NCBI GenBank assembly: GCA_028692635.1
Contig: JAQUWX010000004.1
Location: 1 to 57,911 of the forward strand
DNA: 57,911 nucleotides
DNA from: Alphaproteobacteria bacterium
GTDB taxonomy: Bacteria; Pseudomonadota; Alphaproteobacteria; UBA9219
Direction of reading: 5' to 3'
The position numbers and the translations under genes were made by a program. The notes beneath the pieces are model-generated. The model did not search any database. It saw nothing but the letters and a program-made list of their open reading frames with translations, and was not told where the DNA came from. Positions 26,963 to 35,918 of this stretch are shown one piece after another (positions within the stretch are counted from its first letter, which is position 1; each line of letters begins with the position of its first letter).

Positions 26963-27038
26963 TGGCGTCCCCTACGGGATTCGAACCCGTGTTACTACCG
27001 TGAGAGGGTAATGTCCTAGGCCTCTAGACGAAGGGGAC
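26963..27038 (-). tRNA. tRNA-Glu (anticodon CUC), CCA encoded
   Basis: The - strand reads GTCCCCTTCGTCTAGAGGCCTAGGACATTACCCTCTCACGGTAGTAACACGGGTTCGAATCCCGTAGGGGACGCCA. It has a 7-bp acceptor stem, the anticodon loop CTCTCAC, and a GGTTCGAATCC T-loop. Confidence 0.95.
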
Positions 27039-27109
27039 TTGAGCCGGATAGCTTTTATATGGATGTTCCCCATAATTCAAGCAAAGCTTTAGGCCGCTAT
27101 CTTAAGGCT

Positions 27110-28150
27110 TTAATTTATATTAATAACCTCAAGGCTGCGCATGTGGGAGGCTAGGTTCTTGTAGTGGCTGTCAAAATCGTTTCGCATGTGGTCTCCATAG
27201 CCACGCATAAAGGTCATGCTCGATTTGACCTCATTGTCGGCGTCAGCTCGTTCGTGGAGTTTGCCTAGCGAGAGGTCGTCGTATCCTCGGAATACATTGC
27301 TTAAAGCGGTTTGAAATTGGCAAAATCTCTGTTCCTCAGGGATGATGCGGATTTCTTCGTTGCGAGCTGCTGCTTCGGGTATCTGGAGTCCTACGGCTAT
27401 ATCGTGCTGTATCTGATGGGAAGGTAGCATTTCCAGCAACTGGAGAAAGCGAGCTTCTGCTTTTGCCGATTTTGTGGGGTTGAACAATTGTCCGGCGCCG
27501 ACGGTGATCGCTATGTGGGGGAGAGCCTCAGCATAATTCCATTGGCCTGTTCTTTGTTGGACGTCGATATCGTGTTGAGCTATCGCGCTTTGCTCTTCGA
27601 GATAAAGCATGCTGATGAATTGAGAGATAGCTTCTTGCAGCCGTTGATCGAGAATTCTCAATTCATCGTATTGTCCGGGATTTGTGTATGTCCCTAAAGT
27701 GATTATGGTGACGCGCATGCCGCCTGCTCGTTGGCGCATAAGCATACGATAGGCAAAATCCATTATTGTGACTTCCAGGGGATAAATTTCTCCGTTGCCG
27801 TTTTCTTGAAGAAGCTCGAACTGGCGGACTGCGGCCCACTCGACCTTGAACTCATCAAGTATGGATGTATCTCCGTTTTGAATGCGCTTTGCTATTTGTT
27901 CTTCGATAGAAGGAGGAAACCATACGCTGGTTGAAGCGCCTTTACCTATCTTCTGAAGGTATGAAAATCCAAACACGATTTTACGTCCTGCCGGACTTGG
28001 AGATACAAAAAGAGTGTGCGGCTTACTTATAAAATTTTGCCGTTGCGGAATATCTTGGAAAACAGTCTGTGATGATAAAGCCATTATTTGTGGTCTATCT
28101 GATACAAGGAATTGAGAATGGGTTTTAGAAGTTTTCTTTTCTACAACCAA
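27110..28150 (-). CDS. Hypothetical 346-aa protein (orphan)
   Basis: Long uninterrupted ORF. The track start is TTG at 28150, with an alternative ATG at 28084. No motif recognised. Confidence 0.6.
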   Translation of the reverse strand: MVVEKKTSKTHSQFLVSDRPQIMALSSQTVFQDIPQRQNFISKPHTLFVSPSPAGRKIVFGFSYLQKIGKGASTSVWFPPSIEEQIAKRIQNGDTSILDEFKVEWAAVRQFELLQENGNGEIYPLEVTIMDFAYRMLMRQRAGGMRVTIITLGTYTNPGQYDELRILDQRLQEAISQFISMLYLEEQSAIAQHDIDVQQRTGQWNYAEALPHIAITVGAGQLFNPTKSAKAEARFLQLLEMLPSHQIQHDIAVGLQIPEAAARNEEIRIIPEEQRFCQFQTALSNVFRGYDDLSLGKLHERADADNEVKSSMTFMRGYGDHMRNDFDSHYKNLASHMRSLEVININ

Positions 28151-28302
28151 GATAAAAAATTATTAATGGTGCGGTGCAGCAGAATTGAGAACATTATTTC
28201 TTGTTAAGATAGATAGTTAGGATTATGTTCCCCGGGATAATTTTTACTCAAGTCAAAGTCGTTTATAGAATTTCCGCATAGAATCTGGTGGAGGATCGCT
28301 TT

Positions 28303-28761
28303 ATGTCCAGAGAGACGGTTGCAAACGCGCTTAAGGAATTTGGCGTGGAACGAGAAAAACTTATTGCGGTTATGCAATATGTTGTGTCGAAGGAAAAATG
28401 GCTTTCGGAAGAAAGTATGAAGCTGATCGCCAGTGCGTTTAACATTTCCGCTGCGGAAGTTTACGGCGTCGCATCATTTTATTCGTTTTTGGATACCGAG
28501 CCGCGTGGAAAGTATGTAATCCGCATATGCCGGACAATATCGTGCAGTATGGATGGCAAAGACACGGTTTTAGAGGCGTTGCAAAAGGCGCTTGGTATAA
28601 AGACTGGAGAAACTACGCCGGACAACAAATTCACATTGCTTGAGACTAATTGCATTGGGTGGTGTGACAAGGGGCCTGCGATGCTTGTGAACGAAGACGT
28701 GCACACATACCTTACGCCTGAAAAAGTTGTAGAGATCATAAACGATTATCGTGCGCGATAA
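28303..28761 (+). CDS. hydC: NuoE/HydC-like thioredoxin-fold [2Fe-2S] subunit
   Basis: Cys pattern CRTISCSMDG ... CIGWCDKGPAMLVN. GGAGGA lies 7 nt upstream of the ATG at 28303. Confidence 0.9.
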   Translation: MSRETVANALKEFGVEREKLIAVMQYVVSKEKWLSEESMKLIASAFNISAAEVYGVASFYSFLDTEPRGKYVIRICRTISCSMDGKDTVLEALQKALGIKTGETTPDNKFTLLETNCIGWCDKGPAMLVNEDVHTYLTPEKVVEIINDYRAR

Positions 28762-28781
28762 CGGTGGGGGAGTAATAATCC

Positions 28782-29984
28782 ATGGTTGATAACGATAAGA
28801 AGAAAAAACTGGAAGAGCTGCAAAAGAAGGTAAGCTTTATCTTCCGCGACACAGATTGCCGCAGCGTCTTTGATAAGGTTCAAAAGTATTCTTCCGATAA
28901 AATTATTTCCACGATAACGGAATCCGGCTTGCGCGGACGTGGTGGGGCGGGATTTCCTACGGGGTTGAAATGGAAAGAAGCGGCTAATGCTGCTGGCGAC
29001 ATAAAATATGTTGTCTGCAACGCTGATGAAGGAGAGCCGGGGACTTTCAAGGACAGGCTTATTCTTGAGATGCAGCCCGATAAAGTGATTGTGGGCATGG
29101 CTATTTGCGCAAGAGCGATTGGCGCAAAAGAGGGATATATCTATCTGCGCGGCGAATATGCATTTCTCCGCAGTAAAATTCAGGCAAGATGCGACGAATG
29201 GAATAAGACGTTTAAGAACAGCAAGCTTGATTTCAGTATAAGCATTCGCATGGGAAGCGGAGCATATATTTGCGGCGAGGAAACCGCTTTATTTGAATCC
29301 ATGGAAGGAAACCGCGGGGAGCCAAGATGCAAACCACCGTTCCCTGTAAAAGCTGGTTATATGGGCAAGCCGACGGTTATAAATAACGTTGAGACGCTGG
29401 CTTATGTCACAATGATTATGAACGATGGGTTGGAATTCTTTAAATCGATCGGGACTAAGGAGTCTTCTGGCGGCAAGGTGTTTTCTGTTTCTGGCGACGC
29501 TGCGGTCAAGGGAGTGTTTGAGCTTCCGTTCGGCATGAAGCTACAGGAATTTGTCGATCTTTTTGGAGACGGAGACACAAAAGCGGTTCAGGTCGGAGGG
29601 TTTTCCGGTCCTTGCATTCCGCGCAAGAATTTTGCGAACACAACTATAGGGTTCGGGCACTCTTCAACAGAGCGGATTGTGCCTACGGGTGGATCGATGA
29701 TCCTGTATAACAGCTCGCGCTCGATGTATCTTGTGCTGAAAAACTATCTGGAGTTTTTTGAAGAAGAGTCGTGCGGGCAGTGCGCTCCATGCCGCATTGG
29801 ATGCCAGCAGTTGCTGCTTGGCATTGAGGCTGTAAGGGAAGGCAAAAAGCCGCTGTCTCATATTGAGAAGTTAAGAGATCTGGCTCAAGTAATGTCGGTC
29901 GCTTCAAAGTGCGGATTGGGGATGTCTTTGGTGAATCCCTTCAATTCTATTACCGAGCATTTTCTCGAAGAGATTAGCCACTGA
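28782..29984 (+). CDS. hydB: NuoF/HydB-like NAD(H)/FMN-binding [4Fe-4S] subunit (short 400-aa form)
   Basis: GLRGRGGAGFPTGLKW, CNADEGEPGTFKDR, ESCGQCAPCR and a distal Cys in SKCGLG. There are no extra ferredoxin-type CxxCxxCxxxCP motifs at either end. Confidence 0.92.
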   Translation: MVDNDKKKKLEELQKKVSFIFRDTDCRSVFDKVQKYSSDKIISTITESGLRGRGGAGFPTGLKWKEAANAAGDIKYVVCNADEGEPGTFKDRLILEMQPDKVIVGMAICARAIGAKEGYIYLRGEYAFLRSKIQARCDEWNKTFKNSKLDFSISIRMGSGAYICGEETALFESMEGNRGEPRCKPPFPVKAGYMGKPTVINNVETLAYVTMIMNDGLEFFKSIGTKESSGGKVFSVSGDAAVKGVFELPFGMKLQEFVDLFGDGDTKAVQVGGFSGPCIPRKNFANTTIGFGHSSTERIVPTGGSMILYNSSRSMYLVLKNYLEFFEEESCGQCAPCRIGCQQLLLGIEAVREGKKPLSHIEKLRDLAQVMSVASKCGLGMSLVNPFNSITEHFLEEISH

Positions 29985-30002
29985 TTTAAAAGGAACTGGC
30001 AA

Positions 30003-31781
30003 ATGTCAAATATCAGTCTGACCATTAATGGCGTTAAAGTTAAAGTAGAGGCGGGCGCCACCGTTCTGGATGCCGCAAAGAAAGCGGGAATACGCATTCC
30101 CACTTTATGCCATCACGAGGATTTATTTCCGTCCGGAAATTGTCGTCTATGCGTGGTCGAGCAGAAAGGGGCGCGAGCTCTTGTTGCTTCCTGCGCTACT
30201 CCTGCGGCGGAAGGCATGGAGATTCAAACCAATACGCAGAAGGTGCGTGAGACGCGCAAAACCATCCTTGAGCTGCTGTTGTCTGAACATGGATCGGATT
30301 GCCTGTCGTGCTATAAAAGCGGCAATTGTGAGCTTCAGTCGCTTTCTCAGGAATATCTTGTTAAGAGAGGTGATTTTGCTGATATCTCGGATAAATGTCC
30401 GGTTGATTTGTCGTCTTCGTCGATCATAAAGGACGATAGTAAGTGCATTCATTGCATGCGTTGCGTCAGAACCTGCGAAGAGTTGCAAGGCGTATCTGCG
30501 TTGTGTAGCTCTAATAAGGGCAGCGAAAAGAAAGTTGAAACTTTCTTGGGCAATCCGATGCAGTACACAGAATGCACCAATTGCGGCCAGTGCGTTAATC
30601 GCTGCCCGACAGGAGCGCTGGTTGAGAGAAATTATATCAATGAAGTTTGGGACGCCATTAACGATCCTGAGAAAATAGTCGTTGTGCAAACGGCTCCCGC
30701 AGTGCGTGTAGCCTTGGGTGAGCCTTTGGGCATGGAGACAGGATCGATCGTCACCGGGAAGATGGTGGCGGCTTTGCGTAAAATAGGATTTGATGCGGTA
30801 CTGGACACGGATTTCACCGCCGATCTCACTATTATGGAAGAGGGGACTGAATTACTTACGCGCCTGAAAGCGGCTCTTCTTGATAAAAAGCCTGCGACGC
30901 TTCCGATGATGACTTCATGCTGTCCGGCGTGGATCAAGTTCATGGAGCATGAGTTCCCGGAACAGCTTGACCATCTTTCTACGTGCAAATCTCCTCAGCA
31001 GATGTTTGGTTCTTTGGTGAAGACTTATTATGCCGAAAAGAAGGGGATTGATCCCGCGAAGATAGTTTCCGTTTCGATCATGCCGTGCACTGCTAAGAAA
31101 TTCGAAGCCGGACGGCCCGAAATGAAAGATAGCGGATATCAGGATGTCGATTATGTGCTGACGACGCGTGAGCTCGCTCACATGATCCGCCAGCAGGGCA
31201 TAAATTTCTCTGATTTAAGCGAAAGCGCTTATGACAGCATTATGGGAGAATCCACTGGAGCTGCGGTGATCTTTGGCGCGACCGGAGGCGTCATGGAAGC
31301 GGCTCTTCGTACGGCTTATGAATTGATTACAAGCAGAGAAGTCCCGTTCAAGAACCTTAACATTGAGCCTGTTCGCGGAATGAAGGGCGTAAGGGAGGCC
31401 ACAATAAAGATCGAGAACGCGAACAAGGACTGGAAATTTCTGGAAGGCGCGGAAGTTAAAGTCGCAATTGCACATGGTTTGGCTAATGCGCGGAAGATAA
31501 TGAACGATGTTCGTGCGGGTAAATCGTCTTACCACTTTATTGAAATTATGGCGTGCCCGGGTGGATGCATCGGCGGTGGCGGACAGCCTATTCCGACTTC
31601 TCCTGCTATAAGAAAGAAACGCGCTGCGGCTATTTATGTGGCTGATGAGAAGTTGCCGTTAAGAAAGTCTCATGACAATGCGGAAGTAAAAAAGCTGTAT
31701 AAGGATTTTCTGGTAGCTCCGCTGGGGCACAAGTCACATGACTTGTTGCACACTCATTATACTAAGCGCGGCAAGAACTGA
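30003..31781 (+). CDS. hydA: [FeFe]-hydrogenase catalytic subunit (HydA, M3-type)
   Basis: H-cluster motifs TSCCPAW, MPCTAKKFE and EIMACPGGCIGGGGQP, plus N-terminal 2Fe-2S and 4Fe-4S Cys clusters. Confidence 0.96.
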   Translation: MSNISLTINGVKVKVEAGATVLDAAKKAGIRIPTLCHHEDLFPSGNCRLCVVEQKGARALVASCATPAAEGMEIQTNTQKVRETRKTILELLLSEHGSDCLSCYKSGNCELQSLSQEYLVKRGDFADISDKCPVDLSSSSIIKDDSKCIHCMRCVRTCEELQGVSALCSSNKGSEKKVETFLGNPMQYTECTNCGQCVNRCPTGALVERNYINEVWDAINDPEKIVVVQTAPAVRVALGEPLGMETGSIVTGKMVAALRKIGFDAVLDTDFTADLTIMEEGTELLTRLKAALLDKKPATLPMMTSCCPAWIKFMEHEFPEQLDHLSTCKSPQQMFGSLVKTYYAEKKGIDPAKIVSVSIMPCTAKKFEAGRPEMKDSGYQDVDYVLTTRELAHMIRQQGINFSDLSESAYDSIMGESTGAAVIFGATGGVMEAALRTAYELITSREVPFKNLNIEPVRGMKGVREATIKIENANKDWKFLEGAEVKVAIAHGLANARKIMNDVRAGKSSYHFIEIMACPGGCIGGGGQPIPTSPAIRKKRAAAIYVADEKLPLRKSHDNAEVKKLYKDFLVAPLGHKSHDLLHTHYTKRGKN

Positions 31782-31902
31782 TAAAGTCCCAGCAGGTAAA
31801 ATTCACGGCATTTTGCACGCAAATGTATGTTGTGTGCGGACTATTTCCTTAATCATTTTTGGGCTTTACTATTGATGTGTTTTCAATAGGGAATCCAAAG
31901 CG

Positions 31903-34182
31903 ATGAATAATATTCGCGTTATGACTAAATTGGCCGCGTTAACTGGCTTGTGCCTGGTCATGATTATATCCCTGCTTGCGATTAGTTTGTTCCAGATGAA
32001 AGAAACCATGCTGGCCGAGCGCAAAGTCGCTATTCGCCGCATCGTTGAAACTTCGGTAAGCGTTATGGCTTATTATGAGAAACAGTATCAAAACGGAGCG
32101 TTATCCGAAGAGCAGGCTAAAAATCAGGCTAGAGACGTGCTTCGAGATATTAAATATGGACTTAATGGATATGTGTTTTCCATTTCTCCCGACGGTGTTT
32201 TCTTGGTGCACGGCGCGCACCCTGAACTTGAGGGAAAAAAATGGACTGAAGAAAAAAACTATGTAAATACGACGTTTGTTGAAGATCTTATGAAAACCGG
32301 CTTATCCGGCGGTGGATACACCACATATCTATTTGCTAAACCCGGAGGCACGCAGCTTTTTCCCAAACTATCGTATTCGATCCAGTATAAGCCGTGGGGT
32401 TGGATAGTTGGGTCTGGCGCGTACATCGAGGATATCGATGCAGCTTTTGTAAGTCAGGCAAATAGTTGGGGAAAAACAATAGCTATTCCTGGCCTGCTTC
32501 TTATTTTGCTCACGATATATATTGAAAGAACCATATCAAAACCCATAAATGAACTTGCTCGAGCCAAAAGGCAAGCCGAAGAGGCGACGCAAGCCAAGAC
32601 GGATTTTCTTGCCAACATGAGTCACGAAATTCGTACGCCGATGAACGGAGTTATCGGAATGTCGAGCTTGCTATTGGACACAAGTTTGAATGCCGAGCAG
32701 CGTAGTTGGGCTGAGATAATATATCGCTCTGGTGAAACTCTTTTGAGTCTTATTAACGACATTCTTGATTTCACCAAGATCGAAGCCGGGCAGTTGTCGC
32801 TCGATCCAATCAGCTTTGATTTATGTTCTGCCGTGACAGAAGTTACGGACATGCTTTTATTAAAATGTCAGGAAAAGAACATAGAATTGATAGTGCAATT
32901 TGACAATAATGTTCCAACACATATCAAGTGCGATATTGGACGTTTTAAGCAGATTTTGACTAACCTTGTAAGCAATGCGGTCAAGTTTACGGACAAGGGG
33001 CACGTTCTTGTTCGCATAAAATCAGAGCCTATTGAAAATAACAATTATAAGCTATTTGTTGAAATAGATGATACGGGCATCGGCATTCCGGCAAACAAAA
33101 TACAATATATTTTTGAAAAGTTCTCTCAAGCTGAGGAATCCACCACCAGGAAATATGGCGGTACAGGATTGGGGCTTGCCATAGCGGCAAAGCTTGCCAG
33201 ATTAATGGGGGGAGATATTGGAATTACTAAAAGTGAAATAGGGCGTGGTTCGACCTTCTTTTTCACGATTGTTTTTCAAAAAGGAGAGGGCATTTTTGAT
33301 GCAGCTCCTTTGCCCGAGGTTGAGCTTAGCGGATTGCGAGTTTTGGCAATAGATGACTATCCGGTAAGCAGCGAGATAATCAAGCATTTCATGGTGAGCA
33401 AATCGTTGCGATGCGATACTGCGGCTAAATTAGCTGTTGCGCGCTCTATGATATGGAATGCTGCAAAGGATGGAGATCCTTATAATTTCATAGTGCTTGA
33501 CTATAAAATGGGCGACGGGCATGCCCTTGAGTTCAGTCAGTTTATAAAATCGTCAACTGGCATAGGCGATCCGCAGATCATAATGATTACTGCGTTTGGT
33601 CAATTTTCAAGACCCGACAGATTATCAAGCAATGGAATATCGGCATATCTTGTAAAGCCGTTTTATCCCGTTCAACTTGAGATGGTATTGAAAATTTTAT
33701 GGAATGCCAAGAAAACCGGGGTAGAGCTTCCTATAATAACGCGTCATGCGATTGCGAGATTCTTGTCTCCTAAAGCTGAGGCTGGGGAGGAAGCACAAAC
33801 CCCAATAAGCGGAGCGAATATACTTATTGTCGAGGATATGGCCGTTAACCGCATGCTTATGTCGAAGATATTGGACAAGCTGGGTTGTAGCATTGAAGTC
33901 GCTTTGGATGGGGCGGAGGCTGTCTATATGGCAAGCAAGTTTTCATATGACATAATTTTTATGGATTGCCAGATGCCTGTGATGGATGGTTTTGAAGCGA
34001 CAAGACAAATAAGGCAGCAAGAAAAACTTTTAGGAAAGCACACAACAATTATTGCGCTGACAGCCGATGCTATGATGGGCGACAGAGAGCATTGCCTCGA
34101 GGAGGGAATGGACGATTATATATTCAAGCCCTTCCGGCAAGAGCAGATTGCCGCGATGCTTAGAAAATGGATAAAATCATGA
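31903..34182 (+). CDS. Hybrid sensor histidine kinase (periplasmic Cache-like sensor, HisKA, HATPase, two receiver domains)
   Basis: Two TM segments flank a Cache-like region. H-box [15 protein letters not shown], a G-box GGTGLGLAI, and two REC domains (VLDYKM...VKPF and [11 protein letters not shown]...FKPF). Confidence 0.9.
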   Translation: MNNIRVMTKLAALTGLCLVMIISLLAISLFQMKETMLAERKVAIRRIVETSVSVMAYYEKQYQNGALSEEQAKNQARDVLRDIKYGLNGYVFSISPDGVFLVHGAHPELEGKKWTEEKNYVNTTFVEDLMKTGLSGGGYTTYLFAKPGGTQLFPKLSYSIQYKPWGWIVGSGAYIEDIDAAFVSQANSWGKTIAIPGLLLILLTIYIERTISKPINELARAKRQAEEATQAKTDFLANMSHEIRTPMNGVIGMSSLLLDTSLNAEQRSWAEIIYRSGETLLSLINDILDFTKIEAGQLSLDPISFDLCSAVTEVTDMLLLKCQEKNIELIVQFDNNVPTHIKCDIGRFKQILTNLVSNAVKFTDKGHVLVRIKSEPIENNNYKLFVEIDDTGIGIPANKIQYIFEKFSQAEESTTRKYGGTGLGLAIAAKLARLMGGDIGITKSEIGRGSTFFFTIVFQKGEGIFDAAPLPEVELSGLRVLAIDDYPVSSEIIKHFMVSKSLRCDTAAKLAVARSMIWNAAKDGDPYNFIVLDYKMGDGHALEFSQFIKSSTGIGDPQIIMITAFGQFSRPDRLSSNGISAYLVKPFYPVQLEMVLKILWNAKKTGVELPIITRHAIARFLSPKAEAGEEAQTPISGANILIVEDMAVNRMLMSKILDKLGCSIEVALDGAEAVYMASKFSYDIIFMDCQMPVMDGFEATRQIRQQEKLLGKHTTIIALTADAMMGDREHCLEEGMDDYIFKPFRQEQIAAMLRKWIKS

Positions 34183-35301
34183 CCATGAGACGGTAGTCGA
34201 GGATTTTTTCTCCGGCTGTAAAACGGTTGTCAGAAGCTTCATGACTTCTTGTAACTGCGCCCAGGGCAGTTTTCGTTCTGCGAAGCGCGAAGACATGGCA
34301 TTCCAGCAATATATGGCATGATTAATTCTTCCAAGACAGTTTCCAAGCCGCCAGTAAGTCTCATTGCTGTTTTTAAGAAAAGCCAGGAAGGGACCGGAGC
34401 TTATTTTGTACTTGAACATTTTGTCGTAACTGTCCTGATACTCACGCACAATGGTTTCGGTTGTTTGCCACTCTTGGCGCAATTGATCCCTCACGAAGGT
34501 AAGCATACTGGCCATTTCTTTGGCGTCTGCTGCGGGAACTCCGGCGACAGGAGTCTCGTTATCTTTAAGCCACTTGATTAGATCGACGAAGTGCAATTGC
34601 TCGCGCTGATATTGGAATGAATAATAAACAATGCCTCTCCAGGACGAGAATATGTCTAAGGCTTTCTCCTGAGGTAAACGAAACGCGTCTATCAAAGGTT
34701 GAAGAGCGACAATATCCCGAGCTTCCCATATTTTGTCGATCAGAAGTCTGGCTCTTTCATCGGACGACGAATCGTCATTTGGAAAAGCGGCTCGGACCAG
34801 AGGCTCAAACCGTTGTAACATAAACGCCTCGATCTCATTCCAAGCCTCCTGGCTTACTTCGAAGTAAGCGGGGTTAATATCGATCTTTTGACGCAGAAAA
34901 ATATCTTTCATCAGAAAGGGATCGAGCGAAGGCAATCTGTCTAAAATAGAGAGTATGCGTATATCTTCAGTCAGAGCGTCCTTATTTATGGCGCCCTCGC
35001 CAAAATGGTCCATGATGGAATTTTGTAAATGGCGGTCATGCACGAATATGGTGCGCCCACCCTCATAGATGTTTCCTTCATTGAAAGGAAAATACAATTT
35101 TGTCCCGACCATAGGCGTTCCTGGACGGCGATCTGCCTCTGGCACTGTATCCTTGATAAGCACGATAGTGTTTAAGGGCCTGTTGCGAAAAAACACTTTA
35201 GCTTCGGGATCGCTTGCTATTACCTTCTGCGTCATCTCATTGCAGTTGAACACGCGAGGCGAGCCTGTATCTAGCATTGGCTTGAGATATTTATTTGTCA
35301 T
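34177..35301 (-). CDS. Hypothetical 374-aa protein (orphan)
   Basis: Long ORF, convergent with the kinase and overlapping it by 6 nt. No motif recognised. Confidence 0.6.
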   Translation of the reverse strand: MTNKYLKPMLDTGSPRVFNCNEMTQKVIASDPEAKVFFRNRPLNTIVLIKDTVPEADRRPGTPMVGTKLYFPFNEGNIYEGGRTIFVHDRHLQNSIMDHFGEGAINKDALTEDIRILSILDRLPSLDPFLMKDIFLRQKIDINPAYFEVSQEAWNEIEAFMLQRFEPLVRAAFPNDDSSSDERARLLIDKIWEARDIVALQPLIDAFRLPQEKALDIFSSWRGIVYYSFQYQREQLHFVDLIKWLKDNETPVAGVPAADAKEMASMLTFVRDQLRQEWQTTETIVREYQDSYDKMFKYKISSGPFLAFLKNSNETYWRLGNCLGRINHAIYCWNAMSSRFAERKLPWAQLQEVMKLLTTVLQPEKKSSTTVSWS

Positions 35302-35488
35302 GCTATCTGATAGGGGTTAGAGGCCGGGATGATTGTGGAAAGAATACTATATATCGTCAGTTTCCAAAGCAAACTATATGAAAAGAATATGCCTGTCTGT
35401 AAGCCGTCGGTTTTGAGGGCTAACAAAGCAGGAGAGATTGTGTAAGAGTCGGAAGAATCGCTTTTGGAACAACAAAAGGAGCTGTCCT

Positions 35489-35797
35489 ATGCCCGAATTT
35501 TCCTCTCCGTTTTCCGGCCTGAATCTAGACCGCAAAGTTACCCGTGAAGAGCTGATCCGAGCCATAAGGTTCAATGTCTCTGCCGAATATGAGGCTATAC
35601 AGATGTATATGCAACTTGCAGACGCAACGGACCACCCGCTGGCCAAGGAGGTATTGACCGACATAGCCAACGAGGAAAAGGAGCATGTGGGAGAATTCTT
35701 GAGACTACTGAAGGAACTGGCCCCGGATGAGGAGGGGTTCTACCAGAAAGGCTATGCCGAGGTTGAGGAGCTGATGGGAAAAACCAAGGGTAAATAG
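35489..35797 (+). CDS. Encapsulated-ferritin-like (EncFtn family) small ferritin-like protein
   Basis: REELIRAIRFNVSAEYEAIQMYMQL...VLTDIANEEKEHVGEFLRLL matches the ExxEAIxxY ... EEKxHVGEF pattern of EncFtn domains. AAGGAG is upstream. Confidence 0.7.
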   Translation: MPEFSSPFSGLNLDRKVTREELIRAIRFNVSAEYEAIQMYMQLADATDHPLAKEVLTDIANEEKEHVGEFLRLLKELAPDEEGFYQKGYAEVEELMGKTKGK

Positions 35798-35918
35798 CGG
35801 TTTTTAAGGGGAAAAAGGCCATTAACCACGGATTAAGCTAGAGAAAGTAATATATTTGCAGCATCTTATGTTAAAATGCCTGCGTGAATTAAGCTTTTTT
35901 CGAAGGTGAATCTGGGTC

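Noticed and set aside
26841-27110. att site or integrase next to tRNA-Glu
   Set aside because: I found no integrase gene and no duplicated copy of the tRNA 3' end by eye in the window, so an integrative element cannot be claimed.
28151-28302. FNR box upstream of the hydrogenase operon
   Set aside because: No TTGAT-N4-ATCAA-like sequence is visible in this intergenic region.
30147-30988. 180-aa and 118-aa - strand ORFs inside hydA. Similar antisense ORFs occur in trpE (41287-41883), eno (50206-50712), the E2-like gene (52324-52818) and the helicase gene (54225-54947).
   Set aside because: All are antisense to genes with clear catalytic motifs. These are shadow ORFs typical of moderately GC-rich coding DNA.
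34177-35301. The 374-aa neighbour of the EncFtn-like gene as an encapsulin shell
   Set aside because: No resemblance to the encapsulin/HK97-fold N-terminal and P-domain sequences I know, and it lies on the opposite strand.
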